A program made the position numbers and the translations under genes. Below, piece after piece: positions 43,063-52,917 of a stretch of DNA of 64,000 bases. The notes beneath the pieces are model-generated. The model saw only the letters and a program-made list of their open reading frames with translations. It did not search any database and was not told where the DNA came from. Numbering within the stretch: the stretch's first letter is position 1; each line of letters begins with the position of its first letter. The stretch comes from an uncultured delta proteobacterium (GTDB taxonomy: Bacteria > Desulfobacterota > Desulfobacteria > Desulfobacterales > JAFDCJ01): positions 1 to 64,000 of the forward strand of contig CAVYNY010000038.1 in assembly GCA_963769935.1 (NCBI GenBank), read 5' to 3'.

Positions 43063-43129
43063 AAACGTTGCCTAAATCTGTATAACTGTCTAGAAGAAGT
43101 TGGCGCCAGACCGTTGCATTTGCGAAGTC

Positions 43130-43235
43130 GATGCTGGATGCTCGATACTTGAAGTACTTGATACTGGATTTTCAGGCATGCACCGGCAGTGAAATCCACA
43201 AAAATCCAGCATCCAGAAACCAGTATCCAGGATCA
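43130..43235. repeat. Inverted heptamer repeats (GATGCTG / CCAGCAT) between convergent genes
   Basis: GATGCTGGATGCTCGATACT...ATCCAGCATCCAGAAACCAGTATCCAG. Confidence 0.65.
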
Positions 43236-43304
43236 ATCCATAATACCCATGACTTTCTTCGGAACAGCCAGAGTTCGATGCAATACTTTATGCAATTATA
43301 GGGT

Positions 43305-43661
43305 TTAGCTGCAGGTTTTGGGGTTGGGCAGCCCGGCCAGCCGTCTGGCCCCCTTCCTGAGACCCTCCGGAAAAAGGCTCTCCAGTTCCAGCAGGCTCAT
43401 CGCGATTCCCTTCCGAAGCTCGTTGTTCAGGGGCGCCCGGCCGTTGTAAGCATAAAACTCACGCAGGAAACGGACCACCTGTCGCTGCCGGTCGGTTATG
43501 CGCTCAATGCCGCCTTCGCGGGCCAGGGCCTCGAAGATTTCCTCCGACCAATCCTCAAAATGCTCAAAGAATCCCTCATCGTCAAAGGCGATATCGCGGC
43601 CGGCGATAACGCGCAGGCAACGCTTGGCATCTTTTTCCTCTTCCGGTGGTGAAATGCCCAT
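43305..43661 (-). CDS. TusE/DsrC-family sulfur carrier
   Basis: DDEGFF..DWSEE, FLREFY, LFPEG, RLAGLPNPKTCS. Confidence 0.85.
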   Translation of the reverse strand: MGISPPEEEKDAKRCLRVIAGRDIAFDDEGFFEHFEDWSEEIFEALAREGGIERITDRQRQVVRFLREFYAYNGRAPLNNELRKGIAMSLLELESLFPEGLRKGARRLAGLPNPKTCS

Positions 43662-43668
43662 GGTCGAA

Positions 43669-46335
43669 TTATCGAGCGGCTGCCAGCGCGGCCTTGATTT
43701 TTTCAGGGGTGGCCGGCAACTCGCAGATCCACACCCCGGTGGCATTTTTGATGGCATTGATCACGGCCGGCGCAGTAGGCACCATGCACATCTCACCGAC
43801 GCCGGTGGCACCCAGCGGCCCCTTCGGACGCGGCGTTTCCCTGAAGATGACTTCCATATCGAAGGCATCCTGGATTTTCGGGAAACTAAAGGTCCTCCAG
43901 TCCCGGGTCTTGCCGGCCACGTATTCCTCCCGCAGCGCGAAGCCTACCCCCATGTCCATGCCGCCTTCCAACTGGCCGGTCAGGTTCTGGGGATTGATGA
44001 CGGGTCCGGCATCGACCGCCGTGGTCATCTTGAGAACCCTGACGTTGCCGGTTTCGGTATTCACTTCAAGCTCGACCATCTGCACGGCATGCACCTGGGA
44101 CTCGAAAGACGGTCCCTGACCGGTAACGGGGTCCAGGGAACCTTCGTCTTCGTTTCGTTTGCGTCCGACATAGCGTTTGGGCTTTCCCGCCGCATCGAGC
44201 GCGGCCGAAGTTTTAGCCCCGGTTTCCAGCATGGCCGCTTGCAACTGCTCCAGCGCGTTGAGCAGGGCGCCTCCGATCATATAGGTGACCCGGCTGCCGG
44301 CGGCCGGACCGCTGGCGGCGGTGTTGATGGTGTCGCGGGTATGCAGCCGCACCCGGTCCAGGGGAATTTTCATGAACTCGGCCGTGAGCTGGCTCAGCAT
44401 GGCATCGTTGCCCTCGCCGGGGTCGGCCGCCGCAGTGTAGACGCTGATGCCGCCGTCGGGGTCGAGTTCCGCGGCGGCCACGGAGGCATCGCCGGGCATG
44501 GCGATGCCGAAGGCCCCGGTGCCCAGGCCAACGCCGCGCTTCAGCATGCCCGAATGGCCGGCGGCAGCCTCCTTGACAGCCCTCTGGTAGTGGGGCCGCA
44601 GAGCTTCCATCAACTCCGGAAAAGGCCATTCCTGCACCACCCGTCCGGTGGATTTGCTCTGGCCCGGCTTCAAGGAATTGCGCAGCCGGAAATCGAACGG
44701 ATTCATGGCGAGCTGGTCGGCCAGCATGTCCATGGCGCATTCCAGGGCGAAGTTGGCCTGCGGCGGCCCCGCGCCGCGGGCCGCGCTGCCCCAGGGATTG
44801 TTGGTGTAGACCAGCCGGCCCCGCGCCGCGATGTTGGGGATGTTGTAGGAGCCCGAGAGCATGAGCAGGGCGCGAAGGACCACCACGTGGCCGATGGAGT
44901 AGTAGGCGCCGTTGTCCACGACAATGTCGTTGCAGAAGGCCGTCAGGTTGCCCTGGCGGTCCGCCGCCAGCTTGACGCCGCATGTCAAAGGCATGGCGCT
45001 TGGAGGTCATCAGCATGCTTTCGGCCAGGCTGGGGATATACCGAACCGGCCGTTTAAAGTGGATGGCGGCGGCACCGGCGATGCCCTCGGAGATCACATC
45101 GATCTTGATTCCGAACTGGCTGCCGGAGATAGGCCTCGATGTAACGCATATTCTCCCAGCCCAGGGCGGTTTGAAGCATGCCCAGATGAAAGTGAATATT
45201 GATGCTGCGGCCGATGATCACCAGCTGGTCGTCCCCGCCCGTGTCGTCCTTTTCCCAGTAAGCAATCGTGGCTTCGGGCTCGAGCGGGGCCTGGTGATTG
45301 ATCTGGGTCTTGAAGCGGGCCTCGACCACCGCGGCCGAGCCTTGCAGGGCAGCCTCCGCATCCCCTTTGATCTGCGGCTGGTCATAACACAGATTGGCAA
45401 GCTCCGGATGAAGCTGAACCGCCGCGGGGGCCAGCGCCGCTTCCGGATCGCTCAAGGCCGGCAGCGGTTCGAGTTGAACGTTTACCTTTTCCAGCGCGGC
45501 CGCGGCATTCTCACGGGTGTCCGCCGCTACCGCCAGGATGGGGTCTCCGATATAGCGGACCTCGTCCTTGCACAGCACGGGACGGTCCGCCACGATGTAT
45601 TTCAGGATATTGGTGCCCTTGATGTCCGCGGCGGTCAGACACTCCGGCGACGCCCGGCATCTTTTCGGCCTGCGAAGCGTCGATTGAGACAATCCGCGCA
45701 TGGGGGACCTCGCTGCGCAGTACGGCCAGCTCGAGCGCCCCCTTGAGATGGAAGTCCGCCGTAAATTTTGCCGTGCCGCAAGCCTTGGCCATGGCGGACG
45801 GGCGCGGATGGGAGATGCCCATGACGCCGTCCGCCGGCTTGGGCCTTACGGTCTCAGGCGTGGTTTCGCCGCGTAGAAATCGGCCGGCCAGCTGCACGGC
45901 TTCGATGATTTTCTTGTAACCGGTGCAGCGGCACAGGTTCCGGCGCAGGGCCTGTTTGATCTCCTCGACCGTGGGCTTGGGATTTGCATCCAGCAGGGCC
46001 TTGGCGGCCATGATCATCCCGGGGGTGCAGAATCCGCACTGGATCGCACCGGCCAGCACGAAGGCCTCCTGGATAAGATGGGGATTGTCCGGCGTCCCCA
46101 AGCCCTCAACCGTGATAATGTCGGCACCATCCAGTTCGGCCGCCCGGAACAGACAGGAACGCTGCGCCCTGCCGTTTACCACCACCGTGCAGGCGCCGCA
46201 TTGGCCCTTGCGGTCACAGGATTGCTTGGCACCGGTCAGCCGCAGGTCCTCCCGCAGCAGATCCAGGAGTACGGTTTTACGATCGGCGATCAAATCACGC
46301 CATACGCCGTTGACTCGCAGTCGAATCTTACGCAT
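43669..46335 (-). pseudogene. Mop-like molybdenum hydroxylase paralogue B with three +1 frameshifts (possibly sequencing errors)
   Basis: Colinear with paralogue A across four frames; single extra bases near 45639, 45128 and 44978. Confidence 0.85.
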
Positions 46336-46438
46336 CTCTTCTCCTCTTCTACCGGCCTTCGCATGCCAACGAACCGGCCGGCGTTTTCACTTTTGGGTCG
46401 CGAAACGCCCGGAATGCCCGCCGTCGATTTGCCACCGT

Positions 46439-48070
46439 TTATTCGGATTCCATGAACGGGTAGCGATAGTCGGTTGCAGGGGCGAAGGTCTCCTTGATTG
46501 TGCGCGGGCTGACCCAGCGCAGCAGATTGAGCAGCGTGCCGGCCTTGTCGTTGGTTCCCGAAGCCCGGCTGCCGCCGAAAGGCTGCTGGCCGATCATGGC
46601 GCCGGTGGGCTTGTCGTTGATGTAGAAGTTTCCGGCGGCGTTTACCAATACCCGTTTGGCGGTTACGACGGCCTGCCGCTGCACGGCAAATATGGAGCCG
46701 GTCAAGGCGTAGGGCGACGTGCGGTCGCACAGGCGCAGGGTTTCCTCATAGCGGTCGTCCTCGTAAATAAACAGTGTGAGCACCGGCCCGAAGATTTCCT
46801 CCACCATGGTTTTGAAGTCCGGTTTCTTGGCCAGGATAAGCGTGGGTTGGATGAAGTAGCCCGTGCGGTCGTCGCAGGAGCCGCCGGCAATGATCTCGGC
46901 GTCGGGGGATTTCTGCGCAAACTCGATGTAGCCGGCGATCTTGTCGAAGGCGGCCTTGTCGATAACGGCATTGACGAAATTGCTGAAATCTTCCGGTGGG
47001 CCCACCCGGATGCTGCCGACCATCTCCAATAGAATATCTTTCAGCGATTGCCAGAGGGATTGCGGGATGTAGGCGCGGGAGGCCGCCGAACACTTCTGGC
47101 CCTGGTATTCGAAGGCGCCGCGCACCAGCGCCACGGCCAGGGCCTGCGGATCGGCGGAAGCGTGGGCGAATATGAAATCCTTGCCGCCGGTCTCGCCCAC
47201 CAGGCGGGGGTAGCTGCGGTATTGCCCGATATTGGCTCCGACGGTTTGCCAGATCTCCCGGAACACGGCCGTCGAACCCGTGAAATGCACGCCGGCCAGT
47301 TCGGGATGCTTCAGCAGCGCCGGTCCGAGCTGGCTGCCGGGACCCGGTAAAAAATTGATGACGCCGTCCGGCAGCCCGGCTTCATGAAAGATCTGCATCA
47401 GGTGATAGGCAGCATAGACCGCCGTGGATGCCGGCTTCCAGATCACGGTATTGCCGAGCAGGGCCGGCGCGGCCGCCAGGTTGACCCCCAGTGCGGTAAA
47501 ATTGAAGGGCGAAATCGCGAATACGAACCCCTCCAGCGGCCGGTATTCCATCTGGTTCCAGACGCCGGGGGCGGAGAGGGGCTGCAGGCCGAACAGGCGA
47601 GCCGCGTTCCAGCAGTAAAATCGCAGAAAATCGGCGCTTTCGCAGGCAGCCTCGATCTCGGCTTGAAAGATGTTCTTGCCCTGGCCCAGCATGGTGGCGG
47701 CGTTCATCTGCATGCGGTGGGAGCCTGCGATAAGATCGGCCGCTTTCATAAAGACGGCCAGTCGATCCGCCCAGGCCATCGAGGACCATTCCACGGCGGC
47801 CTCACGCGCCGCATCGACGGCCATGGCGATTTCCTGCGGGCCCGCCAGGTGATAGACAGCCAGCCGGTGGCGGTGATCGTGGGGCACGATGCAGGCGGCG
47901 GTCCGCTCGGTTCGCACTTCGCGGCCGCCGATGATCAGCGGGATTTCGATTTCTTTGCCCCTGAGCTCGCCCAGGACCGCGGTTATCCGGCGCCGCTCGG
48001 GGCTGCCCGGCCCATAGGACAAGACCGGTTCATTTTGCGGCGGTTCGATGGTGACAGTGGCATTTATCAT
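46439..48070 (-). CDS. pruA: Delta-1-pyrroline-5-carboxylate (glutamate semialdehyde) dehydrogenase
   Basis: NEPV, ISPFNFT, FTGST, GETGGKDF, YQGQKCSA, GQQPFGG; start placed at ATG 48070. Confidence 0.92.
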   Translation of the reverse strand: MINATVTIEPPQNEPVLSYGPGSPERRRITAVLGELRGKEIEIPLIIGGREVRTERTAACIVPHDHRHRLAVYHLAGPQEIAMAVDAAREAAVEWSSMAWADRLAVFMKAADLIAGSHRMQMNAATMLGQGKNIFQAEIEAACESADFLRFYCWNAARLFGLQPLSAPGVWNQMEYRPLEGFVFAISPFNFTALGVNLAAAPALLGNTVIWKPASTAVYAAYHLMQIFHEAGLPDGVINFLPGPGSQLGPALLKHPELAGVHFTGSTAVFREIWQTVGANIGQYRSYPRLVGETGGKDFIFAHASADPQALAVALVRGAFEYQGQKCSAASRAYIPQSLWQSLKDILLEMVGSIRVGPPEDFSNFVNAVIDKAAFDKIAGYIEFAQKSPDAEIIAGGSCDDRTGYFIQPTLILAKKPDFKTMVEEIFGPVLTLFIYEDDRYEETLRLCDRTSPYALTGSIFAVQRQAVVTAKRVLVNAAGNFYINDKPTGAMIGQQPFGGSRASGTNDKAGTLLNLLRWVSPRTIKETFAPATDYRYPFMESE

Positions 48071-48313
48071 GGCAGCTTGCTTGCTCCTTTCTATACCTAA
48101 CGACATAAACTCTGGTGCATACGCACACAGTGTTCTGCCTATTTGATCCTGTTCATAAATTAAAGATCAGTATTCAAAAGGCAAGTAAAAAAATTTTATA
48201 ACGCAGTGGCTATCATGTTAAAAATGGCCTAGCCAATGGCCCAAAATCCTAACCGGCAGTAAGGGCACTATCCATATCGGCTTGATGCCCGAAGCGATTA
48301 TCATAGAGCTTTG

Positions 48314-48335
48314 CATATGTCAATTGTGATATAAC
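48314..48335. promoter_or_regulatory. ModE-type operator 2
   Basis: Minus strand GTTATATC-ACAATT-GACATATG upstream of pruA-oxidoreductase B. Confidence 0.65.
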
Positions 48336-48404
48336 CAGATAGCATTTTTGCAGGAAAAGGTGGGCGGGTGGAGAGGGATTTCTGCCGGGATAAACGCCTT
48401 CGGA

Positions 48405-48758
48405 TCAGCTGTCGAGGTAGGCCGCCATCAGATTGTCGTAAACGTCGTTGGATTCGGCCTCGACGATCTGCGAGATGCGCTTGAACTGTTTCAGGAGGGT
48501 TTCGCCCAGGGGCGTCAGGCGGGAGCCCTGGGGCTGCCGGATCAGCAGTGCTTTGCCCAGTCGCTTCTCGGTGGCGCTGATCCGCGCCCAGATCGCCCGA
48601 TAGCTCATCTTAAGCTCTTTGGCGGCGGCCTGCAGCGAACCAAGGCGCTGCACCGCCTCAAGAATGCGGTACCTGCCTAATCCGAATACCACCTTTCCCC
48701 GGGCGTCTTCCACCCAGATTTTCGACCGGATGCGAAACGGTGATTCTTTGGTTACCAT
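48405..48758 (-). CDS. ModE-like winged-helix regulator lacking TOBE domains
   Basis: SKIWVE..G.VVFGLGR..ILEAV...GSL..AAKELKMSYRAIW; AGGAGG RBS; 117 aa. Confidence 0.88.
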   Translation of the reverse strand: MVTKESPFRIRSKIWVEDARGKVVFGLGRYRILEAVQRLGSLQAAAKELKMSYRAIWARISATEKRLGKALLIRQPQGSRLTPLGETLLKQFKRISQIVEAESNDVYDNLMAAYLDS

Positions 48759-48833
48759 GGGAAGCCTCCTTTTTGGGCTCAGCAACCACCTGCGGATGAT
48801 TTGATCTCGTTGCCGATGAATGATTTTGAATTC

Positions 48834-48933
48834 CACCGCAAAGAGCGCAAAGGGTACTTTTCTTTTCGTTTGCCTTTGAGAGGAAGGCATATAATAAATA
48901 TTTTATCTCTACGTCCTTCGCGCCTCTGCGGTG
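48834..48933. repeat. Imperfect inverted repeat (REP-like)
   Basis: CACCGCAAAGAGCGCAAAGG...CCTTCGCGCCTCTGCGGTG. Confidence 0.55.
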
Positions 48934-49334
48934 AAAAAATATTACTGCGAATACGTCACCGTAATTAAGAATTGGTGCACTTAGCACTTATGAGGTGTAT
49001 CTCCGCCCGGACCATGGCGGTTGTTTTCTTCAGGGGTTCGGCAGATTCATCTTCGCCAAATTTTTACCAGATTGCAGGCCCGCTGTCCAGTAAAGATATC
49101 CGCCCAGCCGCCGGCCAAAACAACACAGCCGGTCTGGTTAGAAATGGCGAATGTCGAATGTCGAAGGAAGGTATTCTGTCTTTTTTGTAAAAAAATATTG
49201 CGAGTGAGAAACCATCCTTCGAAATTCGAATCGCAAGGCACATCTTTAGTGTAATTCGCTGCAACGTCCAGGTGAAGTTTCAAAGCAGGCAGGGGTATCG
49301 GAAAAGGTAATTTCCCCCTGAAAAAGAAAGCGGA

Positions 49335-50477
49335 TTAGACCGCGCATAGGGCTGGGCTGCAGCCTCGCAGGCTTGCCGGCGATCGACCGGTGAGGGCTTC
49401 AATCCGTGCGGCTAATTTGCGGGCGGTGGCGAGCCTGCGGCGGGCGCCGTCGCGGGCCTGCGAATCGACGGGAAATGCGTTCAGGCGCCGGTCAAAGCGT
49501 TCGGCGAGCCCCACGAAGCGATCTTCCGCCACCAGTTTGTCGGCCAGGAACACCACCTCGGCCTCCCGGACCGGCTGCTCCTCGCTCCAGGGAATTTCCA
49601 TGTGGGTGGCGACGATTTCGGCCATACGGGGCATGTGCAGCTCCCGCAACAGTTTTGCTCCTCCACGGGCGTGGTCGAGTTCGCCGCGGGCCATGTCATG
49701 CACGAGGGCGGCCGCACAGATCAGATGGAGATCCAGCGCAAGGCCCGCCTGATTGAGGGCCTTTCCAAGGCGCAAGGCCAGGTCGGCGACGGCACGGCCG
49801 TGCGCTGCCACATCCGGCGGAACCTGCAGCCGGTCGTTCAGCAGCGCTTCACACTCCGCCGGGGAAAAGACTTCCCGGCGCTTCAGCCGTTCGACCATGT
49901 GGAGATAATCCGCGGGCCGATCCATGTCATGGTGGATGAACTCATCGACCACCGGTACATCGACGGCGTGCTGCTCCAAGCGGGCCAACAGAGCCCCCAG
50001 ACCGCCGCTCCCGCGCCATTGCAGGAGGCCGCGGCTATGATATCCGCCGATAAGCGGCGGGTGGCCGCGCCGCCCGCCGAAGGTCGGGTGGCAAATGCCA
50101 GCGGTTCCGGCCGGAAATGCCTGCAGGAGGTCGCCGATGGTGGCCGCCCGCACGAAGGGAATGTCCACGGGCAGCACAAAAAAGGACGCGGTATTCTCAG
50201 CCAGACTCGCCACGCCGGCCGCCACCGAGGAGAACATACCCTCGGCATAGCGGGCATTTACGACGCTGCGCGCACCCCAGCGCTCGACGTGGGACATCAA
50301 CTCGTCTGCGCGGTGGCCGACCACGACATGAATGCGGTTGATCCCGCCGGACTGAAACAGACGGATAACCCGCTCCAGAACCGTCATTCCGCCCAATTTC
50401 ATCAGGGGCTTGAAATCGCCCATGCGCTTTGAAAATCCGGCCGCCAATACGAGAGCGGTGGCAGATTCCGGGTTCAT
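49335..50477 (-). CDS. MocA-like NTP transferase fused to an HD domain (DVU_1551-like)
   Basis: LAAGFSKRMG, GMFSSV, GHPPLI; AAALVHD. Confidence 0.88.
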   Translation of the reverse strand: MNPESATALVLAAGFSKRMGDFKPLMKLGGMTVLERVIRLFQSGGINRIHVVVGHRADELMSHVERWGARSVVNARYAEGMFSSVAAGVASLAENTASFFVLPVDIPFVRAATIGDLLQAFPAGTAGICHPTFGGRRGHPPLIGGYHSRGLLQWRGSGGLGALLARLEQHAVDVPVVDEFIHHDMDRPADYLHMVERLKRREVFSPAECEALLNDRLQVPPDVAAHGRAVADLALRLGKALNQAGLALDLHLICAAALVHDMARGELDHARGGAKLLRELHMPRMAEIVATHMEIPWSEEQPVREAEVVFLADKLVAEDRFVGLAERFDRRLNAFPVDSQARDGARRRLATARKLAARIEALTGRSPASLRGCSPALCAV

Positions 50478-51526
50478 GCGCGCCGACCTTTCGCGCGGAC
50501 CTGGACCAGTTCGGCCACGATGCTCAAGGCAATCTCCTCGGGGGTTTCCGCGTTGATGTCCAGACCGATGGGGGAGTGCACGCGTTTCAAATCAGCCGCG
50601 GTAAATCCTTGTCTCAACAGCGCGTTGAAGATATGGTCCCGCTTGCCCCGGCTGCCGATCATGCCGATGTAGGCGGCCTCTGTGCGCAGCGCCTGCATCA
50701 ACACCGTCTGGTCGTGCAGATGGCCGCGGGTCAAAATGACGACAAAGGCGCCGCTGTCGAACGCCATCCCCGGCAGGGTCTCGTCGAAATTCGCAACCAC
50801 ACGGATTTCCTCAGCCTGCGGGAAACGTTCGGCATTGGCGAATTCGGCCCGATCATCCACGACCCGCACCCGGAATCCGACGAAAGCAGCGAGTCGCGCC
50901 GTGGGCTGCGCGACGTGCCCGGCTCCGAAAAGAACCACGGTATCCGCCGGAAGAACCGGGTCGAAGAGAATCAATGTCTCCCCGAGAGCCACCGTGCGCA
51001 GACAACCGGCTGCGCTATGCTCGCGAACGAGCTTCGCGAGGGTCGCGGCGTCGAGCGTCGAATCACCGCAAACCACGCGCTGGTTTTTGAGCAGGCAATG
51101 GCCGATGTCTGCCACCTTTTCACCGGCGAACCGCAGCACGGTCAAGAAGCTGCAGGATTCCGGCGTGTCCTGAACATCCCGCCAGCCTTTGAGCACGACG
51201 GCCGCCGGACTCCCGGGATCGACGAACTCCAGCAGCACCTCCAGACGTCCACCGCAGATCATGTCCATCGCCGCCAGATCGGACGGCTTCATATCGAAGG
51301 GCATCAGCAGCGGACGCCGCGTTGAAAGCACCTTGTCGGCTTTTTGGATCACCCGCGCCTCGAGCATTCCGCCGCCGATGGTGCCTATGGTTTGGCCGGT
51401 TCCGGTTATGATCATGCGGGTGCCCGCCAGGCGGGGGGTGGACCCGCGGCGGCTGACAATCGTCGCCAGGGCGAATTCCAGATGATCGTCCACCAGCCGC
51501 CCGGCCGCTTCTGCAATCAGGTTCAT
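50474..51526 (-). CDS. xdhC: XdhC/CoxI-family Moco maturation factor
   Basis: GSTPR, GTIGGG, MICGG, GAGHVA, YIGMIGS, PIGLDI..TPEEIA. Confidence 0.92.
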   Translation of the reverse strand: MNLIAEAAGRLVDDHLEFALATIVSRRGSTPRLAGTRMIITGTGQTIGTIGGGMLEARVIQKADKVLSTRRPLLMPFDMKPSDLAAMDMICGGRLEVLLEFVDPGSPAAVVLKGWRDVQDTPESCSFLTVLRFAGEKVADIGHCLLKNQRVVCGDSTLDAATLAKLVREHSAAGCLRTVALGETLILFDPVLPADTVVLFGAGHVAQPTARLAAFVGFRVRVVDDRAEFANAERFPQAEEIRVVANFDETLPGMAFDSGAFVVILTRGHLHDQTVLMQALRTEAAYIGMIGSRGKRDHIFNALLRQGFTAADLKRVHSPIGLDINAETPEEIALSIVAELVQVRAKGRRA

Positions 51527-51573
51527 GATATTTGCTCCACTATTGAAATCCTGGTCCTCTCGGACAGGATCCT

Positions 51574-52917
51574 TTACTTATCCTGTCTGCGGTCGATGAA
51601 GGTTCTTTTGGCCGCTCCGGTAGTAAACCACTTCTCAGAACTGAGCCGGATGGGGCCGATGTCCAGGAGCCCCTGGTCGATGGCCGACCGCACCGCAGGC
51701 ACGCCGGCCAGCCTCTGTCGAACGCGACGCGCAATTTTCGGCAGCCGATCCGCATTGCAGTGCAGCAGCACGTCCAACCGGCTGCGGCCGTCGGCCGCTG
51801 TGATCTCCGCCTGAAAATCGAGAATTTCGGGAATGGCGAACAGCGCTTCATCCAGCATGGACATGTGCAGCCGCGCCTGCGAGGCCAAGACCACTTCATT
51901 GGTTTTTCTGCCCTGAATCTTGCCCAAACGCCGCAGGGTGCTTCCACAGGGGCACATCTCCGGAAGAAACCGTGCGATGTCACCCGTCCGGTAGCGGATC
52001 AACGGCATTGCCCGGCGGTTCAGGGTTGTGAAGACCACCTCGCCGGCCAGGCCTTCCGGCAATTGTCTGCCGCTCAGCGGGTCGACGATCTCCACGAACA
52101 GGTCGGCTTCCCTGAGATGGTATCCTTCATGGGCGTCGCATTCGACCCCGCCGCCGAAGCCCATCTCCGTCATTCCATAGTGCTGGTAGACATGGCAGCC
52201 CCACGATTGTTGGATATCTTCGACGACGCACGCAGGCACATAATCGGTGCTCAACAGCACGCTGCGAATGTCCCCTGCGGGAATGCGGGCGCTTTGCGGG
52301 TGCCGGACCAGGCCGAGAACCTGTATCGGAATCCCCACCAGGCTATCCGGCCGCCGGGCAAGGATTTCAGCGATGGTATCCGCCGGATCCTGCACCGGCC
52401 CGTGAACAATCCCTTCGGCTCCCAGGCGGTCGAGCCCTTTGACGAGCAGATCCCCCACACTGCCCGGCAGTTCCCCGGGCATCAGGATGAGCACCCGCTG
52501 CCCGGCCTGCACCAGGGTGGACATGCCGTGCCGAAAAAAATCGACGGTCAGGTCCAGGTCCGTTTCGGTAAAAAACATCCGCTTCGGCAATCCGGTGGTG
52601 CCGGAGGTCCGGATGGTGACCACCCGGGCCACTTCCCTATGGGAGACACAGAGAAACTCCAGCGGATCCCGGCACAGATCTTCCGGTGTTGTAAACGGCA
52701 GCGATGCAAACGAATCAAAATTCACCTCGGCCAGGTCGCCACGCCCGCCAAGCCGCCGGCGATAAAACGGGCTTTGGCCGGCCGCATATGCCAGGCTCTG
52801 CTGGATGCGCCGCAATTGATACCGCCGCAAGCCCTGCCGGGTGAGACCGGCGCCCGCCCCAAGGCCGGTTTGCTTTCCGATCCAGGCGTCCAAAGGTGTC
52901 CTAAGCATAAGCTTCAT
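51574..52917 (-). CDS. Phenylacetate-CoA-ligase-like AMP-binding protein (DVU_1553-like)
   Basis: TSGTTG, YGMTE, PLIRYRTGD. Confidence 0.85.
   Translation of the reverse strand: MKLMLRTPLDAWIGKQTGLGAGAGLTRQGLRRYQLRRIQQSLAYAAGQSPFYRRRLGGRGDLAEVNFDSFASLPFTTPEDLCRDPLEFLCVSHREVARVVTIRTSGTTGLPKRMFFTETDLDLTVDFFRHGMSTLVQAGQRVLILMPGELPGSVGDLLVKGLDRLGAEGIVHGPVQDPADTIAEILARRPDSLVGIPIQVLGLVRHPQSARIPAGDIRSVLLSTDYVPACVVEDIQQSWGCHVYQHYGMTEMGFGGGVECDAHEGYHLREADLFVEIVDPLSGRQLPEGLAGEVVFTTLNRRAMPLIRYRTGDIARFLPEMCPCGSTLRRLGKIQGRKTNEVVLASQARLHMSMLDEALFAIPEILDFQAEITAADGRSRLDVLLHCNADRLPKIARRVRQRLAGVPAVRSAIDQGLLDIGPIRLSSEKWFTTGAAKRTFIDRRQDK

Noticed and set aside
43101..43118. TGGCGCCAGACCGTTGCA as a sigma54 promoter
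   Set aside because: GG-to-GC spacing is 12 rather than 10, and it lies between convergent genes
48981..49000. TTAGCACTT as a CIRCE element
   Set aside because: Imperfect half-site only; no chaperone gene nearby
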